From assembly GCA_963816815.1 (NCBI GenBank), contig CAWFMW010000013.1, positions 85,502-149,501 of the forward strand: a stretch of 64,000 bases of DNA. The letters run 5' to 3'. A program made the position numbers and the translations under genes. This stretch comes from an uncultured Alphaproteobacteria bacterium (GTDB lineage Bacteria; Pseudomonadota; Alphaproteobacteria; Rhizobiales; Xanthobacteraceae). Positions 10,014 through 19,147 of this stretch are shown in pieces. The number at the start of each line of letters is the position of its first letter. Positions within the stretch are counted from its first letter, which is position 1. The notes under the pieces were generated by a model that saw only the letters and a program-made list of their open reading frames with translations, did not search any database and was not told the DNA's origin.

Positions 10014-10346
10014 ACCCCCTTGGGCGAAACTGCCCCGGCATGGAACAGTCGTTAGGTCACGGCTTGCGCGGGAAGCGCCGGCTCGATCGGTTCTCAGTCG
10101 TACGCTTGGACGCTACGGTTCAAACGCAGACGATACATGTGCCCCTCTCATGCAGCCAGCGCCATGCGGGACACTCACGACAAACTGACCTCAAACTACC
10201 CGGTTACATACGGGCCTTGCGTTTTTGCCACGCCACCCGCCTTTTGTCTGTCACCGCCAAGCCACGGTTCCAAAGCTTCCGAGCAGCGATGTCGTTGGTT
10301 TGCCACGATCTTTGCCACGCCGACGCCATAATCCCCTGCCGGCCGC

Positions 10347-11837
10347 TCAGTTCGCGTCGCCCTCGGCCGGGTCGTTGGCGGCAGCCTCATCGAGTTTGCG
10401 GTAGAGCGTGGAACGGCCGATCTTGAGCCGGCGCGCGACTTCCGACATCTGGCCGCGATAATGCGAGATCGCAAAACGGATGATCTCGTTTTCCATCTCA
10501 TCGAGCGGCCGCACCTCGCCGGTGGCGTTCAGCATCGAAAGGCTGCCGGCCGTGGCGAGCGGGGCAATCGGTATATCGCTACCCGAAACCATGGCGGGCG
10601 CCGTCGATGGCGCGACGATTAACGGTTCGCTGTGCGCCAGCTGGCTGTCGGTTACGGCGTGGCTGAGGACTTGCGGGAAATCCGACAGGCCGAGCAGGTC
10701 GCTCTCGCTCATGACGACGGCGCGATACACCGTGTTCTCGAGCTGGCGGATGTTGCCGGGCCAGTCGAGTTGCGCGAGATGAGCCACGGCCTCGCCGCTG
10801 ATGCCGGTGATGGTGCGATTTTCCTCGGCGGCAAAGCGCGCCAGGAAATGCCGCAGTAGATGCGGGACGTCTTCGCGCCGCATCCGCAACGGCGGGATCG
10901 TCAGCGGCAGCACGTGCAGCCGGTAGAACAGGTCCTCGCGGAATGCGCCGCCTTTCACGAGGTCGAGCAGCTTGCGGTTGGTCGCAGAAATAATGCGGAC
11001 GTCGACCTTGACCGGCTTGCGGCCGCCGACCGCCTCGACCATGCCTTCTTGCAGCGCGCGAAGCAGTTTTACCTGCGCCGCCAGCGGCAACTCGCCGACC
11101 TCGTCGAGAAACAGCGTGCCGCCGGAGGCTTCGACGAACTTGCCCATGTGGCGTTCGGTGGCGCCGGTGAAGGCGCCCTTCTCGTGACCGAACAGGATCG
11201 ATTCCACGAGGTTGTCGGGGATCGCGCCGCAATTGACCGCGACGAACGGCTTGGACTTGCGTTCGCCGGAGCCGTGGATGGCGCGGGCGAACAATTCCTT
11301 GCCGACGCCGGACTCGCCCTCGACCAGCACCGGAATGCTGGAAGCTGCCGCCTTTTGCGCGATGCGCAGGACGGCCGCCATGGTTTCGCTGCGGGTGATG
11401 ATATCGGCAAAAGTCAGCCGGCCTTCGCGGCTGTGGCGGATGCGCTGCAATTCGCCCTTGAGCGCGGAAGTGTTGAGCGCGTTGCGCAGCGACACCTGCA
11501 ACCGTTCGAAGCCGACCGGCTTGACCACGAAATCCAGCGCGCCGGCGCGCATTGCCGAAACAACATTGTCGATGCCGCCATGGGCGGTCTGCACGATGAC
11601 GGGGATGCTCACGCCTGCTTCACGCATTTTTGAAAGCACGCCGAGGCCGTCGAGGCCGGGCATCACGAGGTCGAGCACGACCGCGTCGATCGCCGGCGCA
11701 TCCGGCGCGGTCAGCAACGCCACGGCGGCGTCGCCGCTATCGACGACGAGGGGCTCATAGCCGCACTTCTGCACCATGTTTTCAACCAAACGGCGCTGCA
11801 CGGCGTCGTCGTCGGCAATCAAAATGGTGGCAGCCAT
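10347..11837 (-). CDS. tacA: Sigma54-dependent Fis-family response regulator (TacA-like)
   Basis: Receiver domain, GESGVGKE, GAFTGA loop and C-terminal Fis HTH; the perfect CtrA box upstream fits a TacA orthologue. Confidence 0.8.
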   Translation of the reverse strand: MAATILIADDDAVQRRLVENMVQKCGYEPLVVDSGDAAVALLTAPDAPAIDAVVLDLVMPGLDGLGVLSKMREAGVSIPVIVQTAHGGIDNVVSAMRAGALDFVVKPVGFERLQVSLRNALNTSALKGELQRIRHSREGRLTFADIITRSETMAAVLRIAQKAAASSIPVLVEGESGVGKELFARAIHGSGERKSKPFVAVNCGAIPDNLVESILFGHEKGAFTGATERHMGKFVEASGGTLFLDEVGELPLAAQVKLLRALQEGMVEAVGGRKPVKVDVRIISATNRKLLDLVKGGAFREDLFYRLHVLPLTIPPLRMRREDVPHLLRHFLARFAAEENRTITGISGEAVAHLAQLDWPGNIRQLENTVYRAVVMSESDLLGLSDFPQVLSHAVTDSQLAHSEPLIVAPSTAPAMVSGSDIPIAPLATAGSLSMLNATGEVRPLDEMENEIIRFAISHYRGQMSEVARRLKIGRSTLYRKLDEAAANDPAEGDAN

Positions 11838-11894
11838 GGTTTTCCCCGCACGCTACTGAAATGTATCGAATCGGGGCACTTTCGCCGATGCCGA

Positions 11895-11909
11895 TTAACG
11901 CACGATTAA
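11895..11909. promoter_or_regulatory. CtrA binding site (TTAA-N7-TTAA)
   Basis: ttaa-cgcacga-ttaa, perfect consensus ~58 bp upstream of the regulator start at 11837. Confidence 0.8.
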
Positions 11910-11941
11910 TCGTTGGAAATGGCATCCGTGGGGCGGGGAAC

Positions 11942-12616
11942 TCAAGTGAAGAGGTGGGGCCACACCTCCAGCGCGCCGCGGTAGCACATGTCGAAGGCCA
12001 CATAGAGGATGATCGCGAGGCCGACATAGGCGATCCAGCGGTGCTTCTCCAGGAGGCGCGCGATGAAGCTGGCGGCGAGCCCCATCAGTGCGATGGAAAG
12101 CGCCAGGCCGAAGATCAGAATCATCGGATGCTCGCGCGCCGCGCCCGCGACGGCGAGCACGTTGTCGAGCGACATCGAGACGTCAGCGAGCGTGATCTGC
12201 CAGACGGCCTGACCAAGCGTCTTTTGGCGGCCTGCTGTGGCTGTCGCATCCATCGTGCTTGCGGACGACAGACTCTGAAATGTCGGTTGATGATGCGACG
12301 TGCGCAACTCGCGCCACATCTTCCAGCATACCCAGAGCAGCAGAACGCCGCCGGCGAGCAGCAGCCCAATGATCTGCAGCAGTTGAACCGTGACGGACGC
12401 GAAGCCGATACGCAGGGCCGTGGCGGCCACTATGCCGATCAGGATAGCCTTCTTGCGCTGCCCCTCGGGGAGCCCGGCGGCGGCAAGCCCGATGACGATC
12501 GCGTTGTCGCCGGCGAGCACCAGGTCGATCATGATGACCTGGAAAAGCGCTGTCAGGTGTTGCGAGGAGATTAGTTCAAACATGCGGGCCACTCCGTTGA
12601 TGGTCCAATCCGACAT
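11942..12616 (-). CDS. TerC family (YjbE-like) integral membrane protein
   Basis: IDLVLAGDNAIVI and ADVSMSLDNVLAVAGAA motifs. Confidence 0.92.
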   Translation of the reverse strand: MSDWTINGVARMFELISSQHLTALFQVIMIDLVLAGDNAIVIGLAAAGLPEGQRKKAILIGIVAATALRIGFASVTVQLLQIIGLLLAGGVLLLWVCWKMWRELRTSHHQPTFQSLSSASTMDATATAGRQKTLGQAVWQITLADVSMSLDNVLAVAGAAREHPMILIFGLALSIALMGLAASFIARLLEKHRWIAYVGLAIILYVAFDMCYRGALEVWPHLFT

Positions 12617-12702
12617 CGCAGTTCTCTTGAACTGCCAGAGGGGCCCGGGCTTGGACGTGCAGAAAAAACGACGCAGTCAGACTGCGGAAAAATGCGTTCC
12701 CG

Positions 12703-13044
12703 TTACTCAGGTTGATCCGAGAGGGTGAAAAGCCTGACCATCTGATCCGGCTCGATCAAAACGGAGATAGCGACGCCGATGAACGTCAGGCTTCCGGCAA
12801 GGTCGAGCCACATGATGCGGAAACGGCGGGCCCGGCACAGCCACGCTGCTGCTGCCGCCACTGCGCCGATCACGAACATCAGCGTAACGATCGCGGGTGC
12901 CAGCGCGTCCGCCGGCATCAGGTTCCGGATGGCGAGGGTCGCCAGCAGCGCCGCCAGGAGGATGCCGATCATCAACTCCTTCCCGGGCGCCGGGCGAGCC
13001 CGGTCGGCGGTTCGGACAATCAGACTGCGGTCCAGCAAGGCCAT
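12703..13044 (-). CDS. Hypothetical membrane protein (about 3 TM helices)
   Basis: Three hydrophobic stretches; fills the gap between TerC and the XRE gene. Confidence 0.65.
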   Translation of the reverse strand: MALLDRSLIVRTADRARPAPGKELMIGILLAALLATLAIRNLMPADALAPAIVTLMFVIGAVAAAAAWLCRARRFRIMWLDLAGSLTFIGVAISVLIEPDQMVRLFTLSDQPE

Positions 13045-13122
13045 CGGATTCTTATTCGCGAGCTGGAATTGTGGTAGGAAGCATCACATATCTCGCAATT
13101 CAATTTGGCTAGTTTAGTAATC

Positions 13123-13455
13123 ATGAAACGTGGAAAACATCAAGATGTTTCCGCTGAACGGCCGCCGGCCAAAGCCGCGCCGGATGCCAAACAATTGCGC
13201 AAACTGGCCGGGGATTGGCTGAAGCTGCGGAGGGCGGATGCCGAATTGTCGCAGGCTGATCTCGCTGCACGCCTCGGTCTGAAATATTACACCTTCATTT
13301 CGCAGGTCGAAAACGGGTTCAGTCGTGTTCCAACCGAAATTATGGGCGCATGGGCCCGCGAGTTGGGCCTTGAACCGGCCGCCTTCGCTAGGCATTTGTT
13401 GATGTACTATGAGCCGGAAATGCACCGGCTGCTGTTCGGAGCGGAAAGCAAATGA
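13123..13455 (+). CDS. XRE family HTH transcriptional regulator
   Basis: LSQADLAARLGLKYYTFISQVENGFSRVP helix-turn-helix. Confidence 0.85.
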   Translation: MKRGKHQDVSAERPPAKAAPDAKQLRKLAGDWLKLRRADAELSQADLAARLGLKYYTFISQVENGFSRVPTEIMGAWARELGLEPAAFARHLLMYYEPEMHRLLFGAESK

Positions 13456-13895
13456 GCGTGGTTGCGTTCGAACGCAAACAAGACAACGGCGACTGGAGCG
13501 AAAAGGAACTCAGCACCCTCGTCGCCGGCCTCGGCGCAGCGATTGCGCCTGGGACGGGACGCGAATGGGAAACCGGTATGACGGAGAGGGGCGACGCCCA
13601 GTTCTATCTGCTGGGCCCGCTGCCGGAACAGGCCTGCGAGCTGTGCGTATCCAGGACCGGCGGGCGTTACATCCTCGAGGACGGATCGGGCCGGCTGCTG
13701 TTCGAGCATCGGAACCTCGAACTCGTGGCGCTGCACGCCAAGGCTGCGGTTCCGTCGACGTCCTGGCTCATGGTGCGCGCGATTACGTTGTGGTGTGCTA
13801 TCCGCAGTGCGATCCACGAAAAGGTCGAGCCGCTTCTCGTCGAAGGCGAAGAGCTGTTTGTCCAGTTTGTACCGCAGCTTGCGGCCCTTGCTTGA
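13452..13895 (+). CDS. Hypothetical protein, translationally coupled to the XRE gene
   Basis: ATGA overlap with the XRE stop; coding-like composition. Confidence 0.7.
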   Translation: MSVVAFERKQDNGDWSEKELSTLVAGLGAAIAPGTGREWETGMTERGDAQFYLLGPLPEQACELCVSRTGGRYILEDGSGRLLFEHRNLELVALHAKAAVPSTSWLMVRAITLWCAIRSAIHEKVEPLLVEGEELFVQFVPQLAALA

Positions 13896-13938
13896 TCTCC
13901 CGCCATTTCCTGATCACCTCCCAATTTTTGAAAGTGTC

Positions 13939-15795
13939 ATGAGCGCAAAATCTGCGACATCCCGAGCCGGCAAGCCGTCCCGCAAACCCGCCGCAAGCAA
14001 GGCTTCCGCCAAATCCAAAACCGGCAAATTGCCGGAATGGAATCTGGCCGACCTCTATTCCGGTATCGGCGCCGAAGAAGTCACGCGCGATCTGCAAAAG
14101 ATGGATGCCGACTGCGCCGCGTTCGAGACGGACTACAAGGGCAGGCTGGCGGAACGCATTGCCGGCGACGACGGCGGCCGCTGGCTCGCCGAGGCCGTCA
14201 GGCGCTACGAGGCGATCGACGATCTCGCCGGACGGCTCGGCTCCTATGCCGGCCTCATCCATGCCGGCGACAGTGTCGATCCGGCGATTTCCAAGTTCTA
14301 CGGCGATGTTTCGGAGCGGCTGACGGCCGCCTCGGTGCATCTGCTGTTCTTCGGATTGGAGCTCAACCGCATCGACGATGCCGTGATCGAGCGCGCGATG
14401 CAGACGCCGGAGCTTGGGCATTACCGGCCGTGGATCGAGGATCTGCGCAAGGACAAGCCGTATCAGCTCGAGGATCGCGTCGAGCAGTTGTTTCACGAAA
14501 AATCCCAGAGCGGCTATGCCGCCTGGAATCGGCTGTTCGACCAGACAATTTCCGGCCTTCGCTTCAAGGTCGGCGGTAAGGAACTTGCGATCGAGCCGAC
14601 GCTCAACCTGCTGCAGGACCGCGCGCCGGACAAGCGCAAGGCCGCAGGGCAGGCGTTGGCCAAGACTTTCAAGGACAATGAACGGACCTTCGCGCTCATC
14701 ACCAACACGCTCGCCAAGGACAAGGAGATTTCCGACCGCTGGCGCGGCTTCCAGGATGTCGCGGATTCGCGCCACCTCAACAACCGCGTCGAGCGCGAGG
14801 TGGTCGACGCTTTGGTCGCATCCGTGCGCGCGGCCTATCCGCGGCTGTCGCATCGCTATTACAATCTGAAAGCCGGCTGGTTCAAAAAGAAGAAGCTCGC
14901 ACATTGGGACCGCAACGCGCCGCTGCCGTTTGCCGCCACGGGCACCATCGCGTGGCCCGAGGCGCAGAAGATGGTGCTGACGGCGTATCGCGGCTTCTCG
15001 GTTGAGATGGCGGCGATCGCGGAACGTTTCTTCACCGATCGCTGGATCGATGCACCGGTGCGGCCGGGCAAGGCGCCGGGCGCGTTCTCGCATCCGACCA
15101 CGCCGTCGGCGCATCCCTATGTGCTGATGAACTATCAGGGCAAGCCGCGCGACGTGATGACGCTGGCGCATGAGCTCGGCCATGGCGTGCACCAGGTGCT
15201 GGCGGCCAAAAATGGTGCGCTGATGGCGCCGACGCCGCTGACGCTGGCGGAGACCGCCAGCGTGTTCGGCGAAATGCTGACCTTCAAGCGGCTGCTCTCG
15301 CAGACCAAGAACGCCAGGCAGCGCCAGGCGCTACTCGCCGGCAAGGTCGAGGACATGATCAACACCGTGGTGCGGCAGATCGCGTTCTATACGTTCGAGC
15401 GCGCCATTCATACCGAGCGCAAGAACGGCGAACTGACTGCGGAGCGCATCGGCCAGATCTGGCTCAGCGTGCAGGGTGAAAGCCTCGGGCCGGCGATAGA
15501 CATCCGCCCGGGCTACGAAAATTTCTGGATGTATATCCCGCACTTCATCCATTCGCCGTTCTACGTCTACGCCTACGCGTTCGGCGATTGCCTGGTGAAC
15601 TCGCTGTATGCGGTTTACGAGAACGCCTCGGAGGGTTTCGCCGAGCGCTATCTCGCGATGCTCGCGGCCGGCGGCACCAAGCATTATTCCGAACTGCTGA
15701 AGCCGTTCGGGCTCGACGCAAGGGATCCCAAATTCTGGGACGGCGGACTGTCGGTGATTGCCGGCATGATCGACGAGCTGGAGACGATGGGCTGA
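13939..15795 (+). CDS. pepF: M3 family oligoendopeptidase F
   Basis: PEWNLADLY, TLAHELGHGVH (HExxH), LAETASVFGE and PFYVYAYAFG. Confidence 0.93.
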   Translation: MSAKSATSRAGKPSRKPAASKASAKSKTGKLPEWNLADLYSGIGAEEVTRDLQKMDADCAAFETDYKGRLAERIAGDDGGRWLAEAVRRYEAIDDLAGRLGSYAGLIHAGDSVDPAISKFYGDVSERLTAASVHLLFFGLELNRIDDAVIERAMQTPELGHYRPWIEDLRKDKPYQLEDRVEQLFHEKSQSGYAAWNRLFDQTISGLRFKVGGKELAIEPTLNLLQDRAPDKRKAAGQALAKTFKDNERTFALITNTLAKDKEISDRWRGFQDVADSRHLNNRVEREVVDALVASVRAAYPRLSHRYYNLKAGWFKKKKLAHWDRNAPLPFAATGTIAWPEAQKMVLTAYRGFSVEMAAIAERFFTDRWIDAPVRPGKAPGAFSHPTTPSAHPYVLMNYQGKPRDVMTLAHELGHGVHQVLAAKNGALMAPTPLTLAETASVFGEMLTFKRLLSQTKNARQRQALLAGKVEDMINTVVRQIAFYTFERAIHTERKNGELTAERIGQIWLSVQGESLGPAIDIRPGYENFWMYIPHFIHSPFYVYAYAFGDCLVNSLYAVYENASEGFAERYLAMLAAGGTKHYSELLKPFGLDARDPKFWDGGLSVIAGMIDELETMG

Positions 15796-15897
15796 CGGAG
15801 CGCCCACGGCCACGAAACGGATTTGTGATGGCGGCGGACACAATTTTCGCCGCCGTCGCCCTCCATCATGATGGTGAGGACAGGAGGGGAGTGCCCC

Positions 15898-16485
15898 ATG
15901 ATCGACACCCCGACGCGGCGCGTCATCCTTGGAGCGGGAGTTTTTGCTGCGGGTTCGCTGCTCACGACCGATGGCAGCTTGGCTCAGGCCCCGCTTGCCG
16001 CGACGCCCGCGTGCCATGACGGCGACGAAGTAACGTTGCCGCAAACCGAAGGGCCGTACTTCAAGCCATCGTCACCGGAGCGAATAGAGCTGCTTGAACC
16101 TGAGATGGCGGGGCAGCCGATCGAACTGGTTGGCTTCGTGCTCACCCGCGCCTGCAAGCCGCTTGTCGGCGCCTTGCTGGACTTCTGGCAGGCCGACGAC
16201 AAGGGCCGCTATGACAATTCCGGCTTCCGCCTGCGCGGCCATCAGTTCACCGATGCGGAGGGGCGCTATCGATTGCGCAGCGTGGTGCCTGGCCTTTATC
16301 CCGGGCGCACCCGCCACATCCATGTGAAGGTGCAGCCGCGCGACGGCCGGGTCCTGACCACCCAGCTCTATTTCCCCGGTGAGTCAAAAAACCGCGCCGA
16401 CGGCCTGTTTCGCAAGGAGCTGCTGATGCGTACCGCCAAGAACGAGGGATGGCTGGCAGGACGGTTCGACTTCGTGGTCGGGTAG
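15898..16485 (+). CDS. Intradiol ring-cleavage dioxygenase-like protein with twin-Arg-like signal
   Basis: TEGPYFK, DFWQADDKGRYD and PGLYPGRTRHIH (Tyr/Tyr/His/His iron ligands); N-terminal TRRVILGAG. Confidence 0.85.
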   Translation: MIDTPTRRVILGAGVFAAGSLLTTDGSLAQAPLAATPACHDGDEVTLPQTEGPYFKPSSPERIELLEPEMAGQPIELVGFVLTRACKPLVGALLDFWQADDKGRYDNSGFRLRGHQFTDAEGRYRLRSVVPGLYPGRTRHIHVKVQPRDGRVLTTQLYFPGESKNRADGLFRKELLMRTAKNEGWLAGRFDFVVG

Positions 16486-16487
16486 GA

Positions 16488-16519
16488 CAGGGCAGGCCGC
16501 GGGCAGGGCAGGCCGCGGG
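16488..16519. repeat. Tandem 16-bp duplication, G-rich
   Basis: cagggcaggccgcggg x2. Confidence 0.8.
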
Positions 16520-16613
16520 CGAGACAGGGTCGATGGGGCGGTGGGCGACGTAATACATTTGTTGAACAGTCCGCAGGTCCGTGTTATACAGATCCTACAA
16601 CGGAGCCTGTACG

Positions 16614-16895
16614 ATGACCAAAGCCCCTCGCGGAATGGAAGAGGCCTCTCGCGAATACAAGCTTGAGGACACCGCCCTTCAAATTCGGAAAATTGGCAAT
16701 TCGGTTGGCGTGATCCTGCCGAAAGAGCTTCTGGCCCGCCTCAATCTCAAGGAGGGGGACAGGTTCTATCCGGTCGAGCAACCGGATGGCAGCCTGCGGC
16801 TCTCGCCATTCGACCCCAAGCACGCACGAACCATGGAAATCGCGCGCCAAGTCATGCACGAGTACCGTGATACGTTTGCCGCGCTTGCAAAATGA
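16614..16895 (+). CDS. AbrB/MazE/SpoVT family antitoxin
   Basis: IRKIGNSVGVILPKELLARLNL; ATGA overlap with the toxin gene. Confidence 0.9.
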   Translation: MTKAPRGMEEASREYKLEDTALQIRKIGNSVGVILPKELLARLNLKEGDRFYPVEQPDGSLRLSPFDPKHARTMEIARQVMHEYRDTFAALAK

Positions 16896-17278
16896 AAGAG
16901 CCAATTTGGCTCGATGTCGATGAGGTCATCGACATGCATGCCGAGCAACTGGCGATATTCGGCGGACCGGAAGGTATTCGGGATCGAGGCCTTCTTGAGT
17001 CCGCCGTCTTGCGGCCGGTCAACCAATTCAATTACGGGCAGACGGATATGGCTGCACTTGCTGCAGCCTATGCGTTCGGCCTTGCCCGCAATCATGCGTT
17101 TGTGGACGGCAACAAGCGGATTGCGTTCCACGCCATGATGGTCTTCTTGCGCAGCAACGACATATCCTTCGCGCCCGACCCGGCGCATGCCACGGCCATC
17201 ATCCTCTCCCTCGCGGCAAGCGAGGTAAACGAAGAGGGCCTGGCCCGCTGGATCCGGGATAATTGGCCTTCCGAATGA
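16892..17278 (+). CDS. doc: Doc (death-on-curing, Fic/Doc) family toxin
   Basis: HAFVDGNKRIA Doc motif; GIRDRGLLESA. Confidence 0.92.
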   Translation: MKEPIWLDVDEVIDMHAEQLAIFGGPEGIRDRGLLESAVLRPVNQFNYGQTDMAALAAAYAFGLARNHAFVDGNKRIAFHAMMVFLRSNDISFAPDPAHATAIILSLAASEVNEEGLARWIRDNWPSE

Positions 17279-17361
17279 CCCGATAGGCAGGGGGCCGTTG
17301 CCCTCCCAAACGCTTTACGGTAATTGCACGCGGGAAGCGCGCATTTCGAGTGGGGATACCG

Positions 17362-17514
17362 ATGGCAGAGCATAACGAAGTGGCCTACACGACCGCTGAC
17401 GGCAACGACTATGTGGCCCATGAGCAGACCTACGAAGGGTTCATCATGCTGGTCAAATACGGCACCATCGGCGTGGTGATCATCGTCGCCCTGATGGGCT
17501 ACTTCCTGACCTGA
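17362..17514 (+). CDS. aa3-type cytochrome c oxidase subunit IV-like small membrane protein (50 aa, absent from the ORF track)
   Basis: Manual translation MAEHNEVAYTTADGNDYVAHEQTYEGFIMLVKYGTIGVVIIVALMGYFLT; DY..HE.TY.GF motif plus one TM helix; GGGGA SD. Confidence 0.8.
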   Translation: MAEHNEVAYTTADGNDYVAHEQTYEGFIMLVKYGTIGVVIIVALMGYFLT

Positions 17515-17647
17515 CGCGTCGCTGCCTGCACCGCCATCCCGGCGGTAGCCACAATTTGCACGCATGCCGGTTGCGAAACCGGTATCCAACTAAGCGAAAA
17601 AGACGCTAGTTTGCTTGCGCGCGCCTGCCGCGCGGCGGGGAGGCCCC

Positions 17648-18775
17648 ATGAAGATTGCCGTTGCCAAGGAAATCGATCCGTCCGAGCCGCGGGTCGCCGC
17701 TTCCCCGGATACCGTGAAGAAGTTCAAGGCGCTCGGCGCCGACGTTGCGATCGAGCCGGGTGCGGGCATCAAGTCGGGCCTGCCGGATTCCGAATTCACC
17801 GCCGTCGGCGCCACCGTCAGCGCGGACGCGTTGAAGGACGCCGACATCATCATCAAGGTGAAGCGGCCCGAGGCCAGCGAGCTTGCGCAATACAAGCGCG
17901 GCGCGCTCGTCATCGCGATCATGGACCCCTACGGCAATGAAGCGGCGCTGAAGACGATCGCGGATGCCGGCGTCGCGGCGTTCGCAATGGAACTGATGCC
18001 GCGCATTACGCGCGCGCAGGTGATGGACGTGCTGTCCAGCCAGGCGAACCTCGCCGGCTATCGCGCGGTGATCGAGGCGGCCGAATCCTTCGGCCGTGCG
18101 TTCCCGATGATGATGACCGCTGCCGGCACCGTTCCGGCGGCAAAAGTGTTCGTGATGGGCGTCGGCGTCGCCGGCCTGCAGGCGATTGCGACTGCGCGCC
18201 GGCTCGGCGCCGTGGTCACCGCCACCGACGTGCGACCGGCCACCAAAGAACAGGTCGAATTGCTCGGCGCAAAATTCCTCGCAGTCGAGGACGAGGAATT
18301 CAAGAACGCCCAGACCGCCGGCGGCTACGCCAAGGAAATGTCGAAAGAGTACCAGGCCAAGCAGGCCGCGCTCACCGCCGAGCACGTCAAGAAGCAGGAC
18401 ATCGTCATCACGACGGCGCTGATCCCGGGCCGGCCGGCGCCAAAGCTCGTCAGCGCCGAGATGGTGAAGTCGATGAAGCCGGGTTCGGTACTGGTCGACC
18501 TCGCCGTCGAACGCGGCGGCAATGTTGAGGGCGCCAAGCCGGGCCAGGTCGTCGATGTCGATGGCATCAAGATCGTCGGCTACACCAACGTCGCCGGCCG
18601 CGTCGCGCAATCGGCCTCCAGCCTTTATGCGCGCAATTTGTTCAACTTCATCGAGACGATGGTCGACAAGCCGAACAAGGCGCTCGCGGTCAACTGGGAC
18701 GACGAACTGGTGAAAGCAACCGCGCTGACCAAAGACGGCGCCGTCATCCACCCGAACTTCCAGCCGAAAGTCTAA
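17648..18775 (+). CDS. pntA: NAD(P) transhydrogenase subunit alpha, part 1 (domain I)
   Basis: [46 protein letters not shown] and GGYAKEMS. Confidence 0.96.
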   Translation: MKIAVAKEIDPSEPRVAASPDTVKKFKALGADVAIEPGAGIKSGLPDSEFTAVGATVSADALKDADIIIKVKRPEASELAQYKRGALVIAIMDPYGNEAALKTIADAGVAAFAMELMPRITRAQVMDVLSSQANLAGYRAVIEAAESFGRAFPMMMTAAGTVPAAKVFVMGVGVAGLQAIATARRLGAVVTATDVRPATKEQVELLGAKFLAVEDEEFKNAQTAGGYAKEMSKEYQAKQAALTAEHVKKQDIVITTALIPGRPAPKLVSAEMVKSMKPGSVLVDLAVERGGNVEGAKPGQVVDVDGIKIVGYTNVAGRVAQSASSLYARNLFNFIETMVDKPNKALAVNWDDELVKATALTKDGAVIHPNFQPKV

Positions 18776-18786
18776 GGAGAGAAGTC

Positions 18787-19104
18787 ATGGAGCATGTCGC
18801 CCAAGCCGTCGATCCCTTCGTATTCCGGCTCTCGATTTTCGTCCTCGCCGTCTTCGTCGGCTATTTCGTGGTGTGGTCGGTGACCCCGGCGCTGCATACG
18901 CCGCTGATGTCGGTGACCAATGCGATCTCCTCGGTGATCGTGGTCGGCGCGCTGCTCGCGGTCGGCGTCCCGATGATCTCGAGCGGCAGCGGCTGGGCGC
19001 GCGGCTTCGGCTTCATCGCGCTGATCTTCGCCTCTGTGAACATCTTCGGCGGCTTCCTTGTCACCCAGCGCATGCTGGCGATGTACAAGAAGAAGGTGAA
19101 GTGA
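18787..19104 (+). CDS. NAD(P) transhydrogenase subunit alpha, part 2 (membrane)
   Basis: [18 protein letters not shown] and [16 protein letters not shown]. Confidence 0.95.
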   Translation: MEHVAQAVDPFVFRLSIFVLAVFVGYFVVWSVTPALHTPLMSVTNAISSVIVVGALLAVGVPMISSGSGWARGFGFIALIFASVNIFGGFLVTQRMLAMYKKKVK

Positions 19105-19147
19105 ACGGCGTGCACCTCGTGGTGACAAAGGCAAATGGGGACCTGAG

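Noticed and set aside
10299-10320. Sigma54 -24/-12 promoter upstream of the L,D-transpeptidase (TGGCA on the minus strand)
   Set aside because: The GC dinucleotide is displaced by one base from the required GG-N10-GC spacing.
12617-12702. yybP-ykoY (Mn) riboswitch upstream of TerC
   Set aside because: Gap is only 86 bp and I could not see the conserved riboswitch core; only two simple hairpins.
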